Positions 1-7,609 of a stretch of 44,612 bases of DNA are shown in pieces. The position numbers and the translations under genes are program-made. The notes beneath the pieces are model-generated. The model was not told where the DNA came from. It ran no database searches and worked only from the letters and a program-made list of their open reading frames with translations. The stretch comes from Escherichia phage vb_EcoS_bov22_1: the sequence record NC_073084.1. One strand, given 5' to 3'. Every line of letters starts with the position of its first letter. Within the stretch, counting starts at the first letter, position 1.

Positions 1-2
1 AG

Positions 3-524
3 TTCGGGCAGCAGTCCGCAGCTATCGAGCAGAAGATGACGTCTTCGTTTAACCACGCTGGTGGTAGCGCCACTTACAGCCTTAAGGCTGGCGTGACGTA
101 TAACGGGACTTACTATGATGCGGGTATGCAGCTTTCCGTTGTGACGTCTGGCAACGCAGTTAAATCGCGTATTGCGTTCAAGGCGGACCAGTTCTACATC
201 ATGCACCCATCTAATGGGTCGCTTTCGTCCGCGTTTATCGTAGACGGCGGGCAGGTGTACATCGACACGGCACGTATCAAGAACGCGTCAATCAACTTTG
301 CGCAGATCACGGACACGCTGCGGTCGAATAACTTCGTTGCGGGGTCGTCAGGGTGGAACCTGCCTAAATCTGGTAACGCGGAATTGAACAACGTAACGGT
401 ACGCGGCAACTTGTTCGCTACTACGGGGAACTTCGGATTCTCCGGCGGGTCCGTTACGATCGACTCAACGGGTGTTAACGTGCCATTACCTGGCGGGGGC
501 AGGGTGAAAGTCGGGACGTGGTAA
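3..524 (+). CDS. C-terminal part of tail-tip host-specificity protein (lambda J-like); 5' end is outside the window and appears to continue from the window end
   Basis: Frame open from base 3 with no upstream stop; stop TAA 522-524; same frame as, and 8-nt overlap (agttcggg) with, the J-like ORF running off the window at 44612. Confidence 0.6.
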   Translation, partial: FGQQSAAIEQKMTSSFNHAGGSATYSLKAGVTYNGTYYDAGMQLSVVTSGNAVKSRIAFKADQFYIMHPSNGSLSSAFIVDGGQVYIDTARIKNASINFAQITDTLRSNNFVAGSSGWNLPKSGNAELNNVTVRGNLFATTGNFGFSGGSVTIDSTGVNVPLPGGGRVKVGTW

Positions 525-530
525 ATGCGA

Positions 531-554
531 AGGGGCCATATGGCCCCTTTTTTA
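531..554 (+). terminator. rho-independent terminator
   Basis: Hairpin aggggccatatggcccct followed by T-run, directly after the stop at 524. Confidence 0.6.
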
Positions 555-1526
555 ATACATGTTAGGGATGACGAGTAACGGGGTGGGTACGGTTATGTTG
601 CGGTTAGGCATCTGGAATTGCTGCCGTGAGTAGTTACCAATCACGCGATTTCGAGCCGAGCTAACCACGTTGCCTGCCATGCGTATCCCGTTCATTCTCA
701 CGTGGTTGTATCCGCTGTTGTTCTCAATAAGCGCGCCGGTATATGAAAGCTGTACGAGGCTGTTACCGATATTCTGACCACCAGTGCCGATATTAATAAC
801 GGAATTGAGAACAAACGGCTTATTCACGGTAGAGAACGTGACCTGCCCCTGGTTGTTCGTCATGGTTATACCGGTCCCCGGTGATGGCGGCGTGTTATTG
901 AAGATAACCAAATCCAGGTCCACTTCGGCCCCTACGTCGTCGATCCCGCCATAAGACGAATTGCGGACGATGATATTACTGCCATCAAATCCTACCGACA
1001 CGTTGCCATTATCCCAGCGCGCGAACGGGATACCGCCCACAGGCAAAGGCATACTACCGTTCACGTGCACGCGCTGCGCGTAGCGGCAGGTCATTAGCCG
1101 GGACACGTTGGAAATCGCGGTGAAGTCTGTCGAGTTCGCCACCAGCAAGCCCGCATTGCGTGACCCCACCGGCAGCACTTCCATAATTATCCCCGCCCAT
1201 TGAGGGAGGCCGCTGTAGGCGTTATACGCGTCCGCGCCTCGTAGAATAATTCCGCTATCCCCGTTGCGTTGTACCGACGTCACGTAGAACGGATCTGGAA
1301 GAACCAGCGTTTGGTCGAATACCTCAATCACTTCGACAGGGCGCGTGAGCGCAACGACAAGATCCGACCCAGGTGTTAGCGGGGTGTTAATGGTCAGCGT
1401 CTTGTCTGACTGGCAGCGTTGATCAAACGTAGTGCAGTATGACGGAGCGCGTAGACCGGCAGTTATCTCCATCACCGTCCTTCCGTCGTTGTAGTCTATA
1501 AGTATTCCAGCGCCCATAATTACCAC
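552..1526 (-). CDS. hypothetical Asn/Gly/Ser/Thr-rich protein (beta-rich; possible receptor-binding or surface-interacting protein)
   Basis: 324-aa ORF; GGGAG RBS 7 nt upstream of ATG at 1526; overlaps and is co-oriented with the upstream lipoprotein gene; composition resembles fibre/receptor-binding domains. Confidence 0.6.
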   Translation of the reverse strand: MVIMGAGILIDYNDGRTVMEITAGLRAPSYCTTFDQRCQSDKTLTINTPLTPGSDLVVALTRPVEVIEVFDQTLVLPDPFYVTSVQRNGDSGIILRGADAYNAYSGLPQWAGIIMEVLPVGSRNAGLLVANSTDFTAISNVSRLMTCRYAQRVHVNGSMPLPVGGIPFARWDNGNVSVGFDGSNIIVRNSSYGGIDDVGAEVDLDLVIFNNTPPSPGTGITMTNNQGQVTFSTVNKPFVLNSVINIGTGGQNIGNSLVQLSYTGALIENNSGYNHVRMNGIRMAGNVVSSARNRVIGNYSRQQFQMPNRNITVPTPLLVIPNMY

Positions 1527-1741
1527 TCCCGAGATTTAACTGATACCGTACCAGAGAAGTTGCCGTCGCTATCCGCGGACAGGCCGGTGAAGCGCATATC
1601 CACATCTCCGGCAGGCACTTTTTGCCCATCGACGTAGCGCAACATGCAGCTACCGTAAGCTACCGTAATGCAATCGCCGTTGTTACGTTCTACCGCACAG
1701 CCGGACAGAAGAACCGAACAAATCACAATTAATGTTTTCAT
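1520..1741 (-). CDS. small lipoprotein (candidate Cor/Llp-type superinfection-exclusion protein)
   Basis: ATG at 1741 preceded by GGGAG; N-terminus MKTLIVICSVLLSGC has a signal peptide and lipobox L-S-G-C; about 73 aa; adjacent to tail-fibre genes. Confidence 0.65.
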   Translation of the reverse strand: MKTLIVICSVLLSGCAVERNNGDCITVAYGSCMLRYVDGQKVPAGDVDMRFTGLSADSDGNFSGTVSVKSREW

Positions 1742-1821
1742 GTTATCATCTCCCATATTTGGTTGAGTTTTAGTATTGCACCGCTCAATCGAGAATGCAA
1801 CCAATCTATGAGGATTTAGCT

Positions 1822-3438
1822 ATGGCAGCGGGTACTTTATCCGTAACGAATAACAGCAAGGCGGTTGTAGGGGTAGGCACAACGTTTACCGCGTTTAAAG
1901 CTGGCGACTTCTTATCGCTGGTAGTGGGGCAAGTCCCTTACACTGTCGCTATTGCATCCGTAGAAAGCGACACGTCTCTTACGCTGGTGTTACCGTTCGA
2001 CGGACCAACGGCAACCGGCCTAGCCTGGGACGGCGTTAAGCGCGATACCATGTCATTGGCAACGATGGGCGTTACCGTACAGGCACAAAAAGCATTGCGC
2101 TTGATGATTGCAGATGAAAACAACTGGCGTGCAATCTTCGGCGACGCTGAAGAAATCACAGTGACGTTACCTAACGGGCAGGTTATGCAGGGCATGTCAT
2201 GGGGCTATCTGTCGCAGCTAATGAAGCAGATCGACCCTGTGGAGATGCGCAACCTGCAACAACAAGCAGCCGCATCGGAAGCAGCCGCGCAAGGATTTCG
2301 CAATGAGGCCGAAGGATTTCGCCATGAAGCCGAAGGATTCAAGGTGCAGAGCCTGGCAATCCTCAACAGCACGCAGGAGGTCCACGACGCCACCAGCACC
2401 ATCAAGGACCAGACGAACCAGATCAAGACGGATACGCAGGCCATCAAGGACCAGACGAACCAGATCAAGACGGATACTGGCGTTATTCGAGATCAGGCCA
2501 ATACAGCGAAGACGGACGCGCAAGCCGCCCGCGATGCCGCGCAGGGGTATCGGGATGAAGCCGAAGACTTCAAAAACGCGATCGACCCTACGCAATTCAT
2601 GAAGAAGTCGCAGAACCTGGCAGACGTCGCAGATAAATCGTCGGCACGCGCTAATCTTGGTCTGGGGTCTGTAGCTACGGAGAACACCGTACCCATCGGG
2701 AAAGGCGGCACTGCGGCGACAACGGCAGCGGCAGCACGCGCTAATCTTGGCGTTGGTGATGATAGTAACGTTAAACACGCAACATTACGTCTGAATGGTG
2801 GGGAGTCATTAGTATTCGATGACGTCGAAAGAAACGGCTTAGTTCTGTCTAACGTATCGTATGGGATTGACAGTTGGGTAGGCTTCACCATGCACAAATG
2901 GTACGCCGACTGGGTGCGCGCAGGCATTGTTCGCGCTGCTAACACTCAAATGTCGGACTACCGGATTCATACGTGGAAGAACGGTGTTTCCGAGGCGCTA
3001 TTCCGCTTCCTGCCGGACGGCAGGCTGATTCAGGGTAACAGCGGCAACCCTTCCGTAAATGAGTTTCAGAAAGCAGCGCTATCGGACCGCGACCTTAAAA
3101 AAGAAATCCAATACACTGACGGCGAGGAAAGCTACAACCGCGTTCGTCAATGGCTTCCGGCAATGTTCAAGTATAAGGAGTCTGACGTACAGCGATACGG
3201 CCTTATCGCACAGGACCTGGCAAGGATTGACCCAGAATATGTGCACTTGCTGCCGGGTTATGCCATTTATGAGGATATCAAGGGGGTGGACGAGGAAGGG
3301 AACGAAGTTGTAGTCGACCGAAAGGAGATCGGGTATACAGACGATGTGCTGTCGCTTGATAGTAACGTGTTGTTAATGGATCTGTGCGCCGCCTTCGTTC
3401 ACCTGTTGCGGAAAGTGGAGAAGCTAGAAGGTAAATAA
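1822..3438 (+). CDS. tail fibre protein with C-terminal intramolecular chaperone (peptidase S74-like) domain
   Basis: ATG 1822 with GAGGA RBS (alternative ATG 1795); internal coiled/collagen-like repeats (EAEGFR, IKDQTNQIKTDT); C-terminal SDRDLKKEI Ser-Lys motif typical of autoproteolytic chaperone domains. Confidence 0.75.
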   Translation: MAAGTLSVTNNSKAVVGVGTTFTAFKAGDFLSLVVGQVPYTVAIASVESDTSLTLVLPFDGPTATGLAWDGVKRDTMSLATMGVTVQAQKALRLMIADENNWRAIFGDAEEITVTLPNGQVMQGMSWGYLSQLMKQIDPVEMRNLQQQAAASEAAAQGFRNEAEGFRHEAEGFKVQSLAILNSTQEVHDATSTIKDQTNQIKTDTQAIKDQTNQIKTDTGVIRDQANTAKTDAQAARDAAQGYRDEAEDFKNAIDPTQFMKKSQNLADVADKSSARANLGLGSVATENTVPIGKGGTAATTAAAARANLGVGDDSNVKHATLRLNGGESLVFDDVERNGLVLSNVSYGIDSWVGFTMHKWYADWVRAGIVRAANTQMSDYRIHTWKNGVSEALFRFLPDGRLIQGNSGNPSVNEFQKAALSDRDLKKEIQYTDGEESYNRVRQWLPAMFKYKESDVQRYGLIAQDLARIDPEYVHLLPGYAIYEDIKGVDEEGNEVVVDRKEIGYTDDVLSLDSNVLLMDLCAAFVHLLRKVEKLEGK

Positions 3439-3443
3439 GGCGA

Positions 3444-3466
3444 AGGGGCCGTATGGCCCCTTTTTT
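3444..3466 (+). terminator. rho-independent terminator
   Basis: Hairpin aggggccgtatggcccct plus T6, right after the tail-fibre stop; near-identical to hairpins at 531 and 29161. Confidence 0.6.
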
Positions 3467-4040
3467 AGTTTGAGTTTTCCCAGTCCATTTTGCGCCGAAC
3501 CAGCGGGCTTTCGTAATATTCCTTCCCCTCCACTTCCACTAAGGGCCAGTCGTTAACAATCACGTACGGTTCCGCAATATCCTCAATCACGCCGTGCGCG
3601 CCATGTTGTCCGAACGATACGCCCACCAGAATAACACCGGCAACGCGACGGGTCAGATATTCGCGAGCGCAACGGGCCTCGACCAGTCCCCGACGTATGC
3701 CGCTGGTGGCCTTAACCTCGTAGGTCCAGACGGCATCGATCACATGCTCGCGGAAGTCGGGGCCGGATTTAACCTTGCGCTTGCCGACCATGATAATATC
3801 GCCGCGGTCAATGGTGTTGGCGCTAAACAGGCCGGTACGCATAAGCAAACCTTGCGGGATGCAACTACGCCCGCCCGCCTGCCCCTCAAGGTACATTCCT
3901 GCAAACATTTCGCCCAACACACCGACCAGTCGGCTTTGCTTGCACGCGTCAGACTTTAAGCGCCATTGATCAAACTCGATGCTTGCTATCATTGCCGCCA
4001 GGTGGAATTGTTTACCTGATATTTCATATTCGCCGTACAT
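3465..4040 (-). CDS. hypothetical protein (possible PD-(D/E)xK-type nuclease fold)
   Basis: 191-aa ORF; GAGGA RBS 8 nt upstream of ATG 4040; GDIIMVG ... EVK pattern loosely fits a D ... ExK nuclease core. Confidence 0.5.
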   Translation of the reverse strand: MYGEYEISGKQFHLAAMIASIEFDQWRLKSDACKQSRLVGVLGEMFAGMYLEGQAGGRSCIPQGLLMRTGLFSANTIDRGDIIMVGKRKVKSGPDFREHVIDAVWTYEVKATSGIRRGLVEARCAREYLTRRVAGVILVGVSFGQHGAHGVIEDIAEPYVIVNDWPLVEVEGKEYYESPLVRRKMDWENSN

Positions 4041-4082
4041 CGTGTGGTCCTCATTGATGCGGGCCGAAGCCCGCGATTAGAA

Positions 4083-4604
4083 TTATTTCAGTGCGCTACG
4101 TACCAGTGTTTTTTCCATGTTACGGAAGTCTTCCGGCGTCATAAGGATTTTGGATCCGTCTTCGCCAGTGAGCACGACCATAGGCTGAACGTCCTGGTCT
4201 ACGACGCCGAAATTGGCGGCTTTGACTGTCATGCCCACCGATGCCGAAGGATGCCACGTCCCCGAGGTAGCGATGGGCCAACCTTTAAGGCTGTCGTATT
4301 GCGCTGCCGTTGTATCGACCTGAATCTCGTCGTGCACGGTCATGTACGACTCGCCCAGCAGGGCGGAATACGCTACCAGGTCGACGATATTGTCCTCCTG
4401 GTGCTTACGGTGCTGACGAACCAGCTTCAGGCAGATCAGGAAGGTCCAGGCTTCTTGCTCGGTAAGATCGCGCCCGGTAAGCGCGTTAAACACGGCGGCT
4501 ACCTGTTTAGCGCTGCGTTCTTCTTTCGCGTTGTCATAGCCGTTTTCTTTCCCGCGCTGTTCCATAGTGGTAGCGGCGTTTTTGCAGTATTCGTATGCTT
4601 TCAT
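4083..4604 (-). CDS. hypothetical protein with a conserved phage helical N-terminal domain
   Basis: ATG at 4604 with AAGGAAA RBS (the longer ORF start at 4730 lacks an RBS and overlaps a motif site); 173 aa. Confidence 0.55.
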   Translation of the reverse strand: MKAYEYCKNAATTMEQRGKENGYDNAKEERSAKQVAAVFNALTGRDLTEQEAWTFLICLKLVRQHRKHQEDNIVDLVAYSALLGESYMTVHDEIQVDTTAAQYDSLKGWPIATSGTWHPSASVGMTVKAANFGVVDQDVQPMVVLTGEDGSKILMTPEDFRNMEKTLVRSALK

Positions 4605-4666
4605 GATGTTTTCCTTTTTAGTGGAGGCGGTATTGCCCCCGACGTGATTAAGATACTGCAACCAAC

Positions 4667-5137
4667 CTATTGGTTGCAAGTAAATTTTGCAACGTTTATT
4701 GCGTAAATTTTCGGGACTAAATCGCTGCACGCCCGACGAATTGCCGCGATGTTCTTCGGGCAGTCTTCAATGATGACCAGTTCCGATACGTCCGCATAGC
4801 AGACCATTTTGAACACAGCGTACGCTTTAAACTCTGGCGGCGGGGTGTCGTCCAGCATGTGGCGCATGAACAACCGGCCTCTAGGGAATACTTCCAATTG
4901 CTCGGCTGTGGTGTCCCAGCATTCTCGCTGCCGGTTGGTCAGATACGCGATCTCGAAGCCTTGCTCTTTGTACATGGTCAGCAGCGGCAGCATATCCATG
5001 TTCAGATCTTCGCGTATATGCGCTTTGTGCCACTTCGCCCAAAAGGTGGATTTTGTTTTTATGCCCGGAACCAGGTCGGCACGCGCATCGCTTGAACCGT
5101 TAATAACGCCATCCAAATCGCAAATCAGTAATTTCAT
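4667..5137 (-). CDS. HAD-superfamily phosphatase (deoxyribonucleotidase or polynucleotide 3'-phosphatase-like)
   Basis: N-terminal LICDLDGV (DxDx[TV] HAD motif I); GAGGAG RBS 5 nt upstream of ATG 5137. Confidence 0.65.
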   Translation of the reverse strand: MKLLICDLDGVINGSSDARADLVPGIKTKSTFWAKWHKAHIREDLNMDMLPLLTMYKEQGFEIAYLTNRQRECWDTTAEQLEVFPRGRLFMRHMLDDTPPPEFKAYAVFKMVCYADVSELVIIEDCPKNIAAIRRACSDLVPKIYAINVAKFTCNQ

Positions 5138-5358
5138 TTCAACTCCTCGATCAGATTCATACGAACAACACGGGCCGAAAAAGCGTCACACACAAGATGA
5201 CAACTGGCGGTCATTACAAGCCAGCCGGTAAGGTGCATGCCAAGCAATTGCTCCGGGCGACTGACCCGCCGCACTTTGTTCTCCCTCGGGTTAATTTGGT
5301 AGCGTTTAACAATTTCGTCCACGACGCGCATACTGCGGTCAACGACTAAGATATTCAT
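5134..5358 (-). CDS. small hypothetical protein
   Basis: ORF with internal ATG at 5358 (track start is GTG 5367); overlaps the neighbouring genes; weak RBS. Confidence 0.35.
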   Translation of the reverse strand: MNILVVDRSMRVVDEIVKRYQINPRENKVRRVSRPEQLLGMHLTGWLVMTASCHLVCDAFSARVVRMNLIEELK

Positions 5359-5824
5359 GTAGCTCACTCTCGCTCATTATTTCAATTTGTGCGCTGCCGA
5401 TGGGTGGCGCTTCGTCAAAGATTATCAATTGCTGGCACTTGTTATTGCTCGGACCGACTTCGCCGGTGACAGCGTGAATGAATCTAATCCGCCAGTCCAG
5501 AAGAATTATCAGGTTTGCAGTCTTCCGGGCAAGCCTCGCCCACTTCGTCGACGTGTCCTGATTCAGTAGCATGACAGTCCGGCGACCGTGCGCTGCGCAT
5601 TCCACCCACGGCAGCGGGTCGGAATACGGCGGATTGCACCACTTCCACCCTTTCAACTCGGACCAGTCCACATCAAGCGCGCTGTGTTCCGCCGTGAAGT
5701 AACGCGGTAGCAGATGGTTTGCATCGCTTGCCGCCATATCGTAACGGAATCGGTACTTCCGACGAAGCGGTTTAAATAAAGCTGGCGGCGTGCGCCAGCT
5801 ATCTTTTTGCTCACTCTTCTGCAT
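5339..5824 (-). CDS. dam: DNA N6-adenine methyltransferase (phage Dam-like)
   Basis: 161 aa with WCNPPYS (NPPY catalytic motif) and short phage-type N6A-MTase architecture; ATG 5824. Confidence 0.75.
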   Translation of the reverse strand: MQKSEQKDSWRTPPALFKPLRRKYRFRYDMAASDANHLLPRYFTAEHSALDVDWSELKGWKWCNPPYSDPLPWVECAAHGRRTVMLLNQDTSTKWARLARKTANLIILLDWRIRFIHAVTGEVGPSNNKCQQLIIFDEAPPIGSAQIEIMSESELHEYLSR

Positions 5825-6269
5825 GATCTGGACCTATTGCGTACAGGGCAATTTTCTTGTCGCTGGACAGAACGCGCCGGACTCGGGCCATATCCGCCGG
5901 ACCCAGCGGTCGGCTATCGGAATAGTAGCTGCCGTTCGCACGCCACGCTATCAGCACCAGATCTTTCCGGTCGATCTTAGACTGGCGGCCCTTCGGGCGC
6001 ACGTATTCCTCGGCCCGTTTGCAATGCTCGCGCAGACCTTCGGCAGTGATGCGGTTTAGTGCAACGCTGGTTGTGTATCCGGTGCGCTGCATAATCCCCA
6101 TCAATTCGAAAAGCAGTTCGAAGCGCTCCTCTAGCTCCTGGCGCACTTTCTTCTCACCTTCATATAGCGCCTGTTTGGTGTCCGCCAGCGCGTTCGCACG
6201 TTCGGCCTGTTCGCGGGCTTCGAGGCATTGCGCGGCCCAGTATGCTTTTTCTTCTTGTAAAATTTTCAT
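5811..6269 (-). CDS. hypothetical protein
   Basis: 152-aa ORF; GGAG RBS 9 nt upstream of ATG 6269; coupled to the upstream gene (stop 6270). Confidence 0.55.
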   Translation of the reverse strand: MKILQEEKAYWAAQCLEAREQAERANALADTKQALYEGEKKVRQELEERFELLFELMGIMQRTGYTTSVALNRITAEGLREHCKRAEEYVRPKGRQSKIDRKDLVLIAWRANGSYYSDSRPLGPADMARVRRVLSSDKKIALYAIGPDHAEE

Positions 6270-6512
6270 TTATTTAATCTCCGTAGTGCGAATCTCTTTG
6301 CGTGGAATAAATTTGCCATCCATCTCCACCCAGCAGACTCCGTATCGCCATTGGGTATTACGTCCTGTTTGCTCGGCATATACGGTCTTGCATCCGTAGC
6401 GTTCCGTGTAGTAAATAGCAGCGGTAGGAACGCAAATACAAACGGCAAACATGAGGGTGAGGATCACCCAAAATCGAAGGTCGCCGTCGTAGTCGAAAAA
6501 TAATGATTTCAT
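6270..6512 (-). CDS. small membrane protein
   Basis: 80 aa with one hydrophobic helix (FWVILTLMFAVCICVPTAAIYY); GGAGA RBS upstream of ATG 6512. Confidence 0.55.
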   Translation of the reverse strand: MKSLFFDYDGDLRFWVILTLMFAVCICVPTAAIYYTERYGCKTVYAEQTGRNTQWRYGVCWVEMDGKFIPRKEIRTTEIK

Positions 6513-6530
6513 CGTGTTGTCTCCAGGTAT

Positions 6531-6557
6531 TAAAAAGGGCGTCCAAACCGGACACCC
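6531..6557 (-). terminator. terminator/attenuator hairpin (minus strand)
   Basis: On minus-strand RNA GGGUGUCC-GGUUU-GGACGCCC then UUUUUA; the stem needs a G-U pair, so it only closes on the minus-strand transcript. Confidence 0.45.
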
Positions 6558-6559
6558 TC

Positions 6560-6588
6560 AATATAATGCAACCAATATTATTATGCAA
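6560..6588 (-). promoter_or_regulatory. sigma70-like promoter (minus strand) overlapping two TTGGTTGCA motifs
   Basis: Minus strand reads TTGCAT-17 nt-TATATT; -35 lies inside the repeated motif. Confidence 0.4.
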
Positions 6589-6593
6589 CCAAT

Positions 6594-6917
6594 TTACGAA
6601 TAAAAATTTGGGTCACGTGCGACGTCTACCAGGTAAAGGTTGCTTATGCGGTTGCCGTAGTGCCCTGGTGTGCGCTGGCGGCACACAACGGCGTAGCCAG
6701 GAGGGATTGTATTTCCGGTTTCAATAATCCACGCCACACGCGCGCCCGATAGCGTCTTGCCGTTGCATTCGATACGTGTTCCGCCATCGGCAGTGTTAAG
6801 GTTGCCAATCTTGCAGCCTGTGGACTTCAGGCGGATGACGCCAGTCTTACTGTCGTAGGAAAAAAGCTGATTGGTCATTGCCACTGAAAAGTCGATGGCG
6901 TCGAATGTAGTATTCAT
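6594..6917 (-). CDS. hypothetical protein (possible degenerate HNH-type nuclease)
   Basis: 107 aa; GAGGAA RBS upstream of ATG 6917; PGHYGNRISNL loosely resembles the HNH core. Confidence 0.45.
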   Translation of the reverse strand: MNTTFDAIDFSVAMTNQLFSYDSKTGVIRLKSTGCKIGNLNTADGGTRIECNGKTLSGARVAWIIETGNTIPPGYAVVCRQRTPGHYGNRISNLYLVDVARDPNFYS

Positions 6918-7609
6918 TTTAAATTTTCCTCGTTAACCGCTATCGCGAAGCCGCGCGGAGTGAGCGAGCGGATTAATTTTGTGCGGGCTGATTTACCACC
7001 GAGGCGACTATACTGTTTCGAGTACCCTTTTTCAACGAAAACAGGTTTCTTCTCTGGCATACGGAAGCCGTTGCCGGTCCATAAGCAGGTCAGCTTCGGA
7101 TATGAATCGCGGGCGTTGATGTATTCCGGGAAGAGCGGGTGTACGTCATCCTCCGGCAGATATCCACCATACTCCCACGGATCAAACGAGTGGTCTGGCT
7201 TGCGCCACTGGGTGGAAAGCACACTGCGCGGATTCTCAATCATATATGGCACCTCGAAGAAGTCACCCAGGTAGGCGGCGATCTTCGCGGTGCGCACCGC
7301 CTTAAGCTGAAAGGCCGGGTCTTTCGCACGCTTGCGCGGGAAAGCTGGCGCGCCGCTCACTGCCAGATCCGTACACGGAGGGAACGCATAGATGATATCC
7401 GGCGTACCGAAATCGCCATTCATCGCGCGGTCTACGAAGTCCAGATCGATAAACTCATTGCGATACCGGATTCCGCGGCCATAAATCCGGTAGTCAAGGT
7501 ACGACCCGTGATCGGCTTCGGAGTAGTTAAAACAGTAGCACTTATGCCCCATCTCGGCAGCACGCTCAATCATCAAGCCGCTGCCGTCGAACAATGACCA
7601 GATTATCAT
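6914..7609 (-). CDS. DNA (cytosine-5)-methyltransferase-like protein (short form)
   Basis: FDGSG (motif I FxGxG), FPPC (motif IV catalytic Pro-Cys), ENP (motif VI); only 231 aa. Confidence 0.65.
   Translation of the reverse strand: MIIWSLFDGSGLMIERAAEMGHKCYCFNYSEADHGSYLDYRIYGRGIRYRNEFIDLDFVDRAMNGDFGTPDIIYAFPPCTDLAVSGAPAFPRKRAKDPAFQLKAVRTAKIAAYLGDFFEVPYMIENPRSVLSTQWRKPDHSFDPWEYGGYLPEDDVHPLFPEYINARDSYPKLTCLWTGNGFRMPEKKPVFVEKGYSKQYSRLGGKSARTKLIRSLTPRGFAIAVNEENLK

Noticed and set aside
2218-2778. Minus-strand ORF of 186 aa inside the tail-fibre gene
   Set aside because: Antisense to a motif-supported gene, repeat-driven, no RBS.
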